Below are positions 40,409 through 51,179 of a stretch of 64,000 bases of DNA, in pieces. Below the pieces are notes generated by a model that was not told the DNA's origin, searched no databases, and saw only the letters and a program-made list of their open reading frames with translations. Source of the stretch: Nitrosopumilus sp. (GTDB lineage: Archaea > Thermoproteota > Nitrososphaeria > Nitrososphaerales > Nitrosopumilaceae); NCBI GenBank assembly GCA_965204345.1, contig OZ241981.1, forward strand, positions 480,001 through 544,000. The letters run 5' to 3'. The translations under genes and the position numbers were made by a program. How positions within the stretch are numbered: the first letter of the stretch is position 1; every line of letters begins with the position of its first letter.

Positions 40409-41530
40409 GTGAAGAAGCCATTTGGTAGAAAATCAAAGGAGCCTGAGGAGGTAAAACCAGAGAAGACAATTCCTCGAGAAAGAAGCCTAGTTGATCCAAA
40501 CTATAATCACAAAAAATTATTCAAAAAAGGAGTCAACCTCATGGCAGATGAAAAGTTAGAGGAGGCCATAGATATTTTTGAGCAGGCACTACGAATAGAG
40601 CCGGACAATATTGAAACCTTGATCAAGTTAGGATATGCAAGATTCCACCTAGACGAACACGCAAATGCATTAAAAGTATACGACAGGATTTTGGAACTAG
40701 ATGTTGCAAATCCAGAAGCCTGGAATCTCAAAGGACTGGTGCACTATGAACAAAAAAATTATGCAAAGGCACTAGATGCGGTTCAGAAGGCAATTGAATC
40801 GGATCCAACATACGGCATGGCATGGTATAATCAAGCATGTTTCCTATCACTGCTAAACCAAGTTCCAGAGTCATTAGAATCACTCAAGCGCTCAATTGAA
40901 ATCGATGTGAAAAATGCAAGAAAGTCAATTAGAGACAAGGATTTTGTAAATGTTAGAATCGAGGAGGGGTTCAAGAGAATTGAGGAGGTAGTAGTTTTAG
41001 AATCAATCAGACAGGGATATCACACCTTGGGTGCAATTGTATGGACGACATTTTTAGACAAGATTGATGCTGAAACAGCTTTGAGAAAACTGTTGGAGAA
41101 AGGATTAATCGTACAAAACGAGAAACGTGACGGGCTAAGTAAAATTCCAATATATGATCTTGCAGATAACATTGCAGAAAAAATTGGAAAAGAAAAGAAG
41201 GGATTGTTTGGAATTACAAGAAAGACACTGCCAAAGCCAATCAAGAACCTAAAGGAACTCAGCCAGGCAATTCAGACAGTGAAAGAATCAATAGAGACAG
41301 AAGACCTGGATAAAACATTAGAGACATTTGAGGTGTTCATAGACCCTGCAAAATCAGGAGAACAGATGATAGAGAACTTTTTTGATGAACACAGGGAGAT
41401 TAGGTTATGGAAGATCAGGCTAAATGATAGGGGAGAAGAGTATCTAGCTGAAAATAAGGAAAAGATGCTGGTATTGTTTGAGAATATCGGAGGCACAGTG
41501 ACAAAAAAGCTTAGACGTGAAATTTCCTAG
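40409..41530 (+). CDS. Tetratricopeptide repeat protein
   Basis: Several TPR units (EAWNLKG, AWYNQAC). Confidence 0.9.
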   Translation: MKKPFGRKSKEPEEVKPEKTIPRERSLVDPNYNHKKLFKKGVNLMADEKLEEAIDIFEQALRIEPDNIETLIKLGYARFHLDEHANALKVYDRILELDVANPEAWNLKGLVHYEQKNYAKALDAVQKAIESDPTYGMAWYNQACFLSLLNQVPESLESLKRSIEIDVKNARKSIRDKDFVNVRIEEGFKRIEEVVVLESIRQGYHTLGAIVWTTFLDKIDAETALRKLLEKGLIVQNEKRDGLSKIPIYDLADNIAEKIGKEKKGLFGITRKTLPKPIKNLKELSQAIQTVKESIETEDLDKTLETFEVFIDPAKSGEQMIENFFDEHREIRLWKIRLNDRGEEYLAENKEKMLVLFENIGGTVTKKLRREIS

Positions 41531-42325
41531 TTATTCAGCAGACAGATCCCAATAATTGGCATCTTCTTGCTTTTGAGTGGGTTTTTGAAGATTCTTCCAT
41601 TCCTTAAAGGAGCGAACATACAATCGGGTATTTGGCAATCCTGCAGATTTTAATGCATAGTATGCCAAGCCAGAGAGGGTTCCAACACTGCCACAATAGG
41701 TGATAATTTCAGAACTTTCAGTCACGCCGCGATTATCCAGCAGCCTTTTCATGTCTTCTTTTGGGCGTAAAATCTTATCAGAAGTGGCCAAGGTACGATA
41801 AGGCAGACTAATGGCGCCAGGAATGTGCTGTTCAAGAAAATTTAGCCTTTCCCGATTATCTATTAGGATGACATTGTCTCTGGCTTTTGCAGCCTCCAGA
41901 TAATCAGAGGTTGCCAAGATCTCAGGCTGTAATTTCACAGAGTGCTCCTTGCTTTGAATTTGAGGAATTGCAGAATCAGTTTCCAATCCAAGTGATTTCC
42001 AATTGCCATAGGTGGTTTCAAGTAATGTGACATCAGAATGCCCCAAATATTCCAGCGTCCATGCAACTCTTGATGCCAGAGCACCAAAGGTATCATCATA
42101 AACAACTACGGGGGTTTCATCATCAATGCCCATGGAATTTACAAGTTTTAAGACTTGTTCGGGACTATCATCAGACAAGAGATTGGCCAATGGAAGGTTT
42201 ACGGCAGAAGGAATGTGGTCCTGCTTGTAATCATCCTCTCGCCTGACATCAACTACTCTAACACTCTTATCCCTTATCTCTGAACGTAAAGAATCAACGT
42301 CAGTTGTTATTTTAGCAGAGTCCAT
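41531..42325 (-). CDS. Tandem rhodanese sulfurtransferase
   Basis: VVDVR..HIPSA, ASRVAWTL, HIPGA and TYCGSVG motifs. Confidence 0.92.
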   Translation of the reverse strand: MDSAKITTDVDSLRSEIRDKSVRVVDVRREDDYKQDHIPSAVNLPLANLLSDDSPEQVLKLVNSMGIDDETPVVVYDDTFGALASRVAWTLEYLGHSDVTLLETTYGNWKSLGLETDSAIPQIQSKEHSVKLQPEILATSDYLEAAKARDNVILIDNRERLNFLEQHIPGAISLPYRTLATSDKILRPKEDMKRLLDNRGVTESSEIITYCGSVGTLSGLAYYALKSAGLPNTRLYVRSFKEWKNLQKPTQKQEDANYWDLSAE

Positions 42326-44211
42326 CAAGCAGCACATTCACCCTTGCCAGTTTTTGTATGATAGCTAGAATCACTTCCATAGTCCAGGTAAAAGTCAGGA
42401 TCTTCTTCGATGGCAGGTGGAACAATCAGCGGCTCTAGGATCTTTTTAAGATCACCAACGGATCTGATTTGTGAATCCTCATTGCCGCTTACGACTCTGT
42501 GAATCCAAGACTTTAGCGTATCATCGGGCTTTTTATTTTCTTTGAATATTTCAATTATTTTTAGAATTACATTGATTACTCTTTTTGCAGGAACCCTAAG
42601 CAGTATTTGTCCGAGCATGGCATCGCCATCAGAACGGCCGCCAAGAGACATTTGGTAATTGGCATACATGTTTTTGCCAACACGTCCGCCGCCGCCAAAA
42701 AAGCCGATTGTTGCAATCCCATGCTGTCCACAAGAGTTGGGACAGCCGCTTATCTTAATAGAGGAATCGCCAAGATCATCATCCTCATCAAGTTTTAGCT
42801 CTAAGAATTTTCTTTGGATTTCCTTTGCCAGCCTATGGGAGTTAGTCAGTGCCAGATTACAGGAAGTGGTTCCAGAGCATCCAATAGGAGCAGTCATGGT
42901 CAAGGCGCCAGATTTTGCCAGTCCAGCCTCAAGCAGCTTGGAATACAGTCGTGGCAGGTCATCTTCATGAACATAGCGTAAGGCAATATTTTGAGTAAAT
43001 CCAGTTCGGGCCTTTCCTTCAGAAGAAAAGTTGCGGATAATATCAGCCAGCGCATATAGCTGACTAGAAGTAATATCACCTGCCTCAAGTGTCAAAAACA
43101 CAGAACGGTAGTCAGGCTGTGTTTGGCGCACAGTGTTTGTTTTTAGCCACCTAGCATATCCGTCAGGAATTGTAGCATCGCCACTCTCATCAGATATTCT
43201 GATTGCTCTTTTGATTTGAGTCGGGGTATGATCAACTTCCAGCTGTGTGATTACTGATTGGGTGGCTCTAACTATAGCCCTTTCTTTAAGAACAAGGTTT
43301 TGGAACTTTTCCCAGCCCATTTCATTTACAAGATAGCGCATTCTATTTCTTGCAAGGTTTTTTCTGTCACCTAGCCTATCAAAGATTTTCATAACAGCAA
43401 TGGAAGTGTAAAGCAGATCTTCTTCGGGAGTAAATTCCTCTAGCTGATGCCCAATAAAGGATTTGTTTCCCAAACCGCCGCCTAAGAAAATCCTAAATCC
43501 CCTCTGAGGCGTTCCGTCAATTTCTTTTATTTGTGGAACCAGTCCAACATCCACCATTCTTACCATCCCATGTTTCTCACAACAGGTAAAAGTGAATTTG
43601 AATTTGCGTGGAAGGTTTTGTGCCATTGGGTTTCTTAAAAAGAATCTTGCAGTTGCAAGGGCATAGGGTGTCGCATCAAAGGCCTCATCAGGGCAGACAC
43701 CAGACAAAGGACTGCACATTACATTTCTAACAGTATTGCCACATGCCTCCCTAGAAGTCAGTCCGACCTCAGCTAGTCCCCTAAAAATTTCAGAGACATC
43801 CTCAAGGATTACCCAGTGCAGTTGGATGTTTTCTCGAGTCGAAAAATGTGCACTGCCTATGGAATACTGTTCACTTAGTTGGGATATTTTTTCAATTTGA
43901 TCAGGATAAACTTCCCCTGCAGGTATCTTGATACGCACCATTGCGTAATCGCCAGTCATTCTGGTGCCATATGCACCGTGTTGCAATCTAAAACGCCTAA
44001 AACTGTCTGCGTCATATTTTCCTTGACGGAACAGCTTTACGGTTTTTGCAAAATTATCGGCCTCTTCAATCCTTGACCAATTGATCTTGGGTTTTGCAGG
44101 CTCTAATAGAGATTCCTTAGCATCCACTGTCAATACAAAGAAATTCAATCTAATGGAGTTATAAATTTTTGATATCAGGGTATCTGGTTTGAAGGCACAA
44201 GGCAGAGACAT
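42325..44211 (-). CDS. Ferredoxin-dependent sulfite/nitrite reductase (siroheme)
   Basis: CSGTTSC and ISGCPNSCG cluster ligands; LPRKFK; ends GECAA. Confidence 0.92.
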   Translation of the reverse strand: MSLPCAFKPDTLISKIYNSIRLNFFVLTVDAKESLLEPAKPKINWSRIEEADNFAKTVKLFRQGKYDADSFRRFRLQHGAYGTRMTGDYAMVRIKIPAGEVYPDQIEKISQLSEQYSIGSAHFSTRENIQLHWVILEDVSEIFRGLAEVGLTSREACGNTVRNVMCSPLSGVCPDEAFDATPYALATARFFLRNPMAQNLPRKFKFTFTCCEKHGMVRMVDVGLVPQIKEIDGTPQRGFRIFLGGGLGNKSFIGHQLEEFTPEEDLLYTSIAVMKIFDRLGDRKNLARNRMRYLVNEMGWEKFQNLVLKERAIVRATQSVITQLEVDHTPTQIKRAIRISDESGDATIPDGYARWLKTNTVRQTQPDYRSVFLTLEAGDITSSQLYALADIIRNFSSEGKARTGFTQNIALRYVHEDDLPRLYSKLLEAGLAKSGALTMTAPIGCSGTTSCNLALTNSHRLAKEIQRKFLELKLDEDDDLGDSSIKISGCPNSCGQHGIATIGFFGGGGRVGKNMYANYQMSLGGRSDGDAMLGQILLRVPAKRVINVILKIIEIFKENKKPDDTLKSWIHRVVSGNEDSQIRSVGDLKKILEPLIVPPAIEEDPDFYLDYGSDSSYHTKTGKGECAA

Positions 44212-44316
44212 TATTTTCCCGTCTTGTACAAATGGAATTTTATAAAATGTTAGTGTTACCTAATTTTCTAAAAAAATTGTGCGAAGGTATTAATGGTTAA
44301 GGAATGAAATATCGGC

Positions 44317-45135
44317 ATGCAAGAGGCAACAGTTGCAGAACAATCCTCAAAAGTCTTTACAGACGTACGTGAAGTAGAAATTACACGTGCAATTGCAAAT
44401 GAATTTCATGACGTATTAATTGACAGGGCAGAATGTGACGTAATCATTATCGGTGCAGGTCCCGCAGGATTAACGGCAAGCAGGGAACTTTCCAACCTAG
44501 GTTTCAAGGTACTAGTCATTGAACAAAACAACTATCTTGGGGGAGGCTACTGGCTTGGGGGATACATGATGAATCCAGTTACAGTAAGAGAACCCGCACA
44601 AAAAATTTGGGATGAGCTTGGAGTGCCATACAAAAAAGTTCAGGACGGTCTATACCTGACACCGGGACCGCACGCAGTTTCAAAGTTAATTGCAGGTGCA
44701 TGTGATGCAGGAGTAAAGTTCCTTCAGCTAACAAAGTTTGATGACCTGGTTCTAAAGAATGGAAGAGTTGCAGGAATTGTGGTAAACTGGATGCCGGTTT
44801 CAGCACTGCCGCGCAACATCACATGCGTTGACCCCGTAGCCTTTGAGGCCAAAATAATCATAGATGCATCAGGACACGATTCTGTTGCAGTAAAAAGACT
44901 GGTAGACAGAGGACTTGCAGAATGGAAAGGCATGGAGCCAATGTTTGTAAATGACGGTGAAGAACACGTGGTTCACAAAACAGGCGAAGTTTATCCGGGA
45001 TTAATTGCAGCAGGAATGTCAGTAACAGAAACGCACGGACTGGCACGAATGGGTCCAACATTTGGGTCAATGTTATTCTCAGGCAAGAGGGCAGCAGAGA
45101 TTGCAGCTGAAAAAATCAAAGAGTTAGAAAGATAA
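44317..45135 (+). CDS. thi4: Thiazole biosynthesis enzyme Thi4
   Basis: GAGPAGL, CVDP, DASGHD and RMGPTFGSM motifs. Confidence 0.95.
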   Translation: MQEATVAEQSSKVFTDVREVEITRAIANEFHDVLIDRAECDVIIIGAGPAGLTASRELSNLGFKVLVIEQNNYLGGGYWLGGYMMNPVTVREPAQKIWDELGVPYKKVQDGLYLTPGPHAVSKLIAGACDAGVKFLQLTKFDDLVLKNGRVAGIVVNWMPVSALPRNITCVDPVAFEAKIIIDASGHDSVAVKRLVDRGLAEWKGMEPMFVNDGEEHVVHKTGEVYPGLIAAGMSVTETHGLARMGPTFGSMLFSGKRAAEIAAEKIKELER

Positions 45136-45225
45136 ATGAATAGTTTTCTAAAGGGTTAGTTTTTCTTTTATACCTGTTACACGCCTATAGCATAAATGAT
45201 TAAACAAGAGTCAATTGATGAATTA

Positions 45226-45820
45226 TGATACCCAAATACAGAAAGAATCAGAGACATGTTTTTAACAAACAAGTTCAATAAATCAAAATCAACTAGTACT
45301 GTAGATTTTTGCAAAGAGGCGCTAAAATTTTGATAAATTTGTATTTACAAAATTTGATAAAGATTCAACCTAAGAAGTAAGTGAAGATATTAAGAAGCAG
45401 TCAAAATCACTACAGGGGCAAGTAATCACAGAATTGCTTCAAAAATATCTCCACTGAAAGCATGAAGATTCAAAGGCCAGTACTTCAATAGCATATTCCG
45501 AACGAGAGTAGAATATTTTACATATCATCAATTGAAAATAAATCATTATAATTTACGTCGTGGGATTATCCCACCAAAAGATCCTAAAAATATGAGGTGT
45601 ATAGTGACACTTTCAGAAATTCAAAAATTGATTAATTATGACAGACCAAAACGGAAATGTCTCTATACGATACTGTTAGTCTCAGGTATGCTCATAGGAG
45701 AATGTTTAGTATTAAGGAAAAGAAATTTTGGTTTTACTCAAGAAAGAATATACATGCGATTCCTGCAAAATTGACAAAAAGAAACATGCAACGTCAAACA
45801 TGCATTGTGCTTGAAGGGGA
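45226..45820 (+). pseudogene. Tyrosine recombinase/integrase remnant
   Basis: LYTILLVSGMLIGECLVLRK (box I with Arg to Leu), frameshifted IPAKLTK, upstream fragments broken by stops. Confidence 0.7.
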
Positions 45821-45879
45821 ATTTTTATAATATTTTGCACAATCATAAATCATAAATGATATTCATGATTTCTTAAAAT

Positions 45880-46428
45880 ATGTTCAACATCCCACCAAAA
45901 GGAATCACTCCCAACAAAGAAGAAATTGAAAAATTAACAGAAAAATTTCCAAATTTACATGAAAATGAATGGTCAAAAACAGGAGAAGCAACAGGTATAT
46001 GGGGACCTAATGCATACAACTGTTATGCTTGGAGTTTGTGTAGAGATGACATTGGGTGGATTGAACAAATTATTGATGCTTTAGGCAATAATAATAAAAT
46101 TTTAGATGTAGAAGATTTTGATAATTTTTATAAAAATAAAGGATATACAGTTTGTGGTAATTCTTTAACAGAATGTAATCCAGAATACGAAAAACGAAAA
46201 ATTGCAATATTTTGTAAGGATGGAAAACCAATGCATGCAGCTAAAGAAGCAGAAGATGAAAATTGGTGGGAAAGTAAGCTGGGATCTAATATACGAATAA
46301 TGCATAAACTCGGACAACTTGAAGGGGAACAATATGGAGAAGTATGCCGATGTTATCACATTATAGATAAGGAGGCAAATTGTAGCCTCAAAAAGGATAC
46401 CAAAAATTTATCAGAGGAAAAGGAGTAA
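45880..46428 (+). CDS. DUF7689-like protein with putative catalytic Cys/His
   Basis: YNCYAW, HAAK, WESKLG and H.L.QLEG..YG motifs. Confidence 0.7.
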   Translation: MFNIPPKGITPNKEEIEKLTEKFPNLHENEWSKTGEATGIWGPNAYNCYAWSLCRDDIGWIEQIIDALGNNNKILDVEDFDNFYKNKGYTVCGNSLTECNPEYEKRKIAIFCKDGKPMHAAKEAEDENWWESKLGSNIRIMHKLGQLEGEQYGEVCRCYHIIDKEANCSLKKDTKNLSEEKE

Positions 46429-46436
46429 GAAGAAGA

Positions 46437-47816
46437 TTGGCAATAGAACAAGATTTCAATGATGCATTTTGCAAATGGAAAGAAGAGTTAGAAAGAGATA
46501 CATTCAATTCTAATTCTACTCAATTTCGCACTTCAGAAAATTTTAAAAAAATTGTAAGTTTGGGAAAAAATACAGTTCCTTTTATTATTGACAAATTAAG
46601 TGAAGGATATTTTTTCTTAAATCATGTAATCCAAGAAATAACAAGAATAGATATCAAAAATCTAAAAGAGATATCGTTTCAAATATTATCAGAGCAAGAT
46701 ATTTCTAAATTGTGGATTGAATGGTGGAATACAAACAAAAAAATTCCTAAAATTTCATCTTCAATTGCACCATGGGTACTACCCAAAGAAGAAATTCCAA
46801 TGTATGTCTATTTGAACAAGTTAACTTCATTATCTAAAATTAAAATTGAATTACCAGAATGCTGTGATGTAATCGAAACAATTAATGTTTTAGAAAAACA
46901 GGAAAAAGAAAAAATCATTGAAATATCTAAAATTGGAGAAACCCCCTACTTTGAAAAAAACTATTTTGGTTTAGTTCTGCAAAGTAATAAAATATTTGAT
47001 GATCTTGCCATAAAGACTCCAATAAAAATAACTTTAGTTGAAACTGATGGCACTGAAGAAGAACATATAGTACATGCAAAAATATTTCGACCTCGTATGG
47101 AGATAAATCAAATACCTACAAAAATTTCAATTATAGAAAATGAAGAAACAGTACTACCAATTCATCTAAAATACCAAGGGTTTGGAGATGTGTCAATAAG
47201 AATAGAAGGTACCATTGGAGGAGATATTGTTACTGAAGGTGGCAGAATGTTAATGGATACGGTATTTTATGGATTAATGAAAGAAGGGATTGTAGATGAA
47301 GAGTATAAAGAGAAGACTGAATCCGGAATAGTTGTCAATAAAGAAAAACTTCTCAACCTGATAGATGAGTTCAAAGATCAATTAAAAGATCCAGCATACA
47401 TTGAGAAATTTGAAAAGGATAAAGAAGTCACTCAAGAATCTGTAGAATGGTTAAAAAGCTTTAACGAGGGAGAACAAGAAAAATTCATGAATGTCTTATA
47501 TGATACTGTAGAAACCTACTTGATCAAAAAAATCACTGATCTGGTCTCAAAAAATGTGTCCAATAAAACTCATCTTGACTCAGGAACAAAAATTTCAACT
47601 ACTATTCAGACTCAAATAACTAACCTACATATGAAAATTTTCTATATAGATCTGAAAGGAAATGTATACGCCCCATTAGAAACAGATGTAAAAATTGTAG
47701 ATAAAAGAAAAAATATTGCACCTATACGTGTTACTATCCCAATTGAAATTGAAAAAGTAGATGAAACAGAAGCTTACAAAAACGTAGAGGAGATGCCTAT
47801 TGGAATCTCTGTTTAG
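46437..47816 (+). CDS. Two-part hypothetical protein: helical partner domain fused to a beta-rich domain
   Basis: N-terminal F..WK....NS......FKKIV.LG...VPFI...L...IT....LW.EWW, then about 350 aa starting at PWVLPKEEIP. Confidence 0.7.
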   Translation: MAIEQDFNDAFCKWKEELERDTFNSNSTQFRTSENFKKIVSLGKNTVPFIIDKLSEGYFFLNHVIQEITRIDIKNLKEISFQILSEQDISKLWIEWWNTNKKIPKISSSIAPWVLPKEEIPMYVYLNKLTSLSKIKIELPECCDVIETINVLEKQEKEKIIEISKIGETPYFEKNYFGLVLQSNKIFDDLAIKTPIKITLVETDGTEEEHIVHAKIFRPRMEINQIPTKISIIENEETVLPIHLKYQGFGDVSIRIEGTIGGDIVTEGGRMLMDTVFYGLMKEGIVDEEYKEKTESGIVVNKEKLLNLIDEFKDQLKDPAYIEKFEKDKEVTQESVEWLKSFNEGEQEKFMNVLYDTVETYLIKKITDLVSKNVSNKTHLDSGTKISTTIQTQITNLHMKIFYIDLKGNVYAPLETDVKIVDKRKNIAPIRVTIPIEIEKVDETEAYKNVEEMPIGISV

Positions 47817-48735
47817 TGTTACTCCTGAAAGCTTTTTTGGTTGGTACGAAAAAATAAAAAAATACTTTGAAGATTTTAAGCCAGAGACACGAACAATTAA
47901 CATTAACTATTCTAAACATACTAGTACAATTGGGTTATTGGTTCAAATTGATTCAGGTTTCAGAAAGAAACACAATAAAATAAAAATTCCAGTTTATAAA
48001 GGATTTTCGATTGCAAGAATGCAAGATGCATCTTTTAGAGAATTAAAATTCCTTTGGAAGATAGAAGGCAATTATTGGATCCTTGATGCCAAAGAGCTTC
48101 CTCCAAGTGATGGATATCTTATTGAATTAGAGGGTCAAATAGAGGAGAAAGCTGTTAATGAACTTGTAAGGATTCAACCAGCAACAAATCGTGATAGTAA
48201 CGATGAAGTTGACAAATACTGGCTAGACTCTAGCATCAAAAACCCATCTTTATTAGAAAAAGTTTGGACACATTTAGAAATCAATGAAGTTGATGTGGGA
48301 GTAAATGTGGATTTTAATAAATTATTTGCATTACAAGTGCCTCTAAAAGTTCAGGACAGAGCTGAAGCTATAAAAAATTATTTACAAGCAGGAAGTACAA
48401 GAACATCAGATAGAAATCTAATATACAAAACACTTCAAGAGTATAGAAGACAAGATAGAAATGTTCCTTTTCACCCAAATGATTTTCTTCGATTAATCAA
48501 AAATTTGACTGCACGTGAAACATTGATGGATTATCTATCTGTGGATAAATCATATACAATAGGAGAAATTGAACAGCCAACAAAATATGAAGGGATAGTT
48601 CCGCAAGATGTTAAAGTACAAACATTAACGGATTTAACATCGAGACAGCCACAGGCATTAGGATATCTTGTTTTTAAAAGACAAAATTATCTCAACAAAC
48701 TGAAAGAAGAATTTGATAAATTAATGAAAAAATAA
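47800..48735 (+). CDS. Hypothetical protein
   Basis: 311-aa intact ORF overlapping the previous stop. Confidence 0.75.
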   Translation: MESLFSVTPESFFGWYEKIKKYFEDFKPETRTININYSKHTSTIGLLVQIDSGFRKKHNKIKIPVYKGFSIARMQDASFRELKFLWKIEGNYWILDAKELPPSDGYLIELEGQIEEKAVNELVRIQPATNRDSNDEVDKYWLDSSIKNPSLLEKVWTHLEINEVDVGVNVDFNKLFALQVPLKVQDRAEAIKNYLQAGSTRTSDRNLIYKTLQEYRRQDRNVPFHPNDFLRLIKNLTARETLMDYLSVDKSYTIGEIEQPTKYEGIVPQDVKVQTLTDLTSRQPQALGYLVFKRQNYLNKLKEEFDKLMKK

Positions 48736-49393
48736 TTGTATTTTTAGTCATATTCTGAATTTTCTTGTTTAATTTTAATTGTAAAATCTGCAGTGAGAGT
48801 ATCTAAAACAAAGGCTCTATCTTAAATTTTAAAACCTTTACTGCATGTTTTTCACGTTTAAAACAGTATGCCGTAATTTTATCGTCATTGTAGTTGGTTT
48901 CAAATATATCCACTTGGAGACGACGCCCATATTTTACACATTTTGGTTTTTGAAGAATTATACTAAATTTCACCCATAAATCGTAGATTAATCCAAACTT
49001 AAAAAAAACCAAGTATGAATCACATGTGAAAATACAGCAATTTACTTTATTTCCATCCATTAATCAATTGATATGATATTTGGCTATTGTTGAAAAACAA
49101 AAGGATCATATGTCATTAAAATCAAAAATTCTTTACGATTTATCGATTTAAAAAATAGAATAAATAAAACAAATTATTTCAGACATGGATGGCATTGTAA
49201 AAAGATTAGATTTGAAAGGTGGCAATTTATAATAGCAGGTAAGCGTCAAATAAAACAAGGAATTACCAGAGTATTACTTAAACACAAATTACACAAAGAA
49301 AAAGAATTATTTGAAAAAGCATATGATAATATAAAACAGCATTATTGATTGTTAAAAAATCAAAAATAAGAAAATCGTGTTTGTATTAAAGAA

Positions 49394-49870
49394 TTATTGA
49401 AATTTTTCGTCCCACTTGCTTTTGTTAATTTCGGCAGTGATTTCTTTAGGAGTTTTTCCTTCTACTTTGACTTCTAATGCAACACATGTTTTCCAATGAT
49501 TGTCTTTGCAGTTGATTTTAATTAACTAGCACCAGATTTCTTTAGTATTTGCAACTTTAACAATTGAATCCATTTTGACATCTTCCGTCCATTCAGTTCT
49601 AGAAGATCCCGTTCCTTTTTGGATTCCTAGTTCTTTCATGATGGGTGCAGCAGTTGAAAGGATTCCTATTTCAATTTCATACTTTTTTGTATCTGAATCA
49701 ACAGCTACTGTAACCGGAACTTTTATTCTCTCAAAGTCTTTTGTCTTTTCATTAATAGAATTGATAATTTCCATGATGTGGACTCCAAATGAACCAAGTA
49801 CTGAACCTAAAGGTAGACTTGCTGATGCTACTCCGTCTATTACAAGTGATGATGTTTTTTGTTCTCCCAT
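49394..49870 (-). pseudogene. rpl11: 50S ribosomal protein L11 pseudogene
   Basis: EIINSINEKTKDFE..KVPVTV is clearly L11. The Gly/Pro motif is eroded (ASASLPLGSVLG). A frameshift near 49530 precedes VEGKTPKEITAEINKSKWDEKFQ*. Confidence 0.88.
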
Positions 49871-50319
49871 GTTAATTCAGCCTCTAAATGAAAATTTAAT
49901 ATTTCCTAAGAAAAAAGTTTATGAGCAAATTTTAAACAATTAAAATTGTCAAGAGTACAATAGGAATAATAAAAATAGGATCCTTGAGAAGCAACAGTAT
50001 TTTTTATAATTCACAGCATAATCTAATTCACGAGCATTGCAAAAGCAATTGAAATGTTGCAAAATCTTAGAAACACAGAACCCGAAATTATCAAAATTTT
50101 TAGAAAAGAAGGCAATATCTGGAAAACCATGATCCGGATATCTCAAGGAAAAGCAACTTATTTTGAGGAAATCTTACATGAAATTGAGCCTAAAACATAT
50201 CCATGTATGCATCCTAAGATTTAAAATAATATTTCTGACGGACAATTCTATTGTACGGGTTGTAATCAAAATCTCTAATTTTTTCAATACTATTAAATTC
50301 ATACAAAATAGTAAATATC

Positions 50320-51017
50320 ATGATAGAATTAGACACAGTTATAATTTCTACGGGATTTTCAGGATTAATCGGCTTATGTGTGGCACTTTATGTAAGATAT
50401 TTTACAAAACCAACCCATGAAAAAGTATTTCAAAGTAATAGAAATACAAATCTAGATATTATTTTCAATCAAATGGAACTCTATGGTAGTAATGTTGATT
50501 CTCTTTTTGAGATTTTGACTAGAGATTTTGGAGAATTATCCCATAAAAAAAGAACATAATACCTCTTTCTTTAGAACCTGTTGAGTACAGTAAAGATGGC
50601 AGAAGTACTACTGAAATAACATCTGCAGAAGACTGTGTAAAAAGAAGACAGTTAGAAATCCAATTTGAAGTAACAAAAGATGAATTGAGATACATGTTAA
50701 ATATTATCAAAGAAACACATGAAAACTTTGTAAAAGATTGTAATATTTATCATAACTACATTCATGATTCTTTTCTTCGAGATGTAAAGCAATATCATTG
50801 GAACACAGATTATTATTTTGAAAGAATTCTCTATAACGAACTAAATTCATTATTCTTGAATGAGAGAATAAAATATGCCAAAAAAATTATACAGTATTTA
50901 GAATCAGATAAATCAATAGAACTAACATATTCAATAAATAACTTCATTGAGAGATGGAAGGAGACAATAGAAGAAGACATTAAGATAGAATCAGAAAGCG
51001 TGAAAAATGATGAATAA
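50320..51017 (+). pseudogene. Membrane-anchored hypothetical gene split by a homopolymer frameshift
   Basis: After the A7 run at 50545-50551 the -1 frame is open into ORF 50685-51017. Confidence 0.6.
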
Positions 51018-51179
51018 ATATTGCAAATGTAAGAATGAAAGTGCAATCATTCAAAATTGGCTACGTCTTAGATGTATCAAAATAGCATTATTGGATGAAT
51101 AAATTATGCCTAAATTATCTAATCCTTTAAAAAAAATAGATCGTTAGAAAGATAAACAAACAAAAGATCAATCCCAATA

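Noticed and set aside
50545-50552. Programmed -1 ribosomal frameshift
   Set aside because: The codons read AAA AAA AGA, so the A-AAA-AAG heptamer is not in the required phase.
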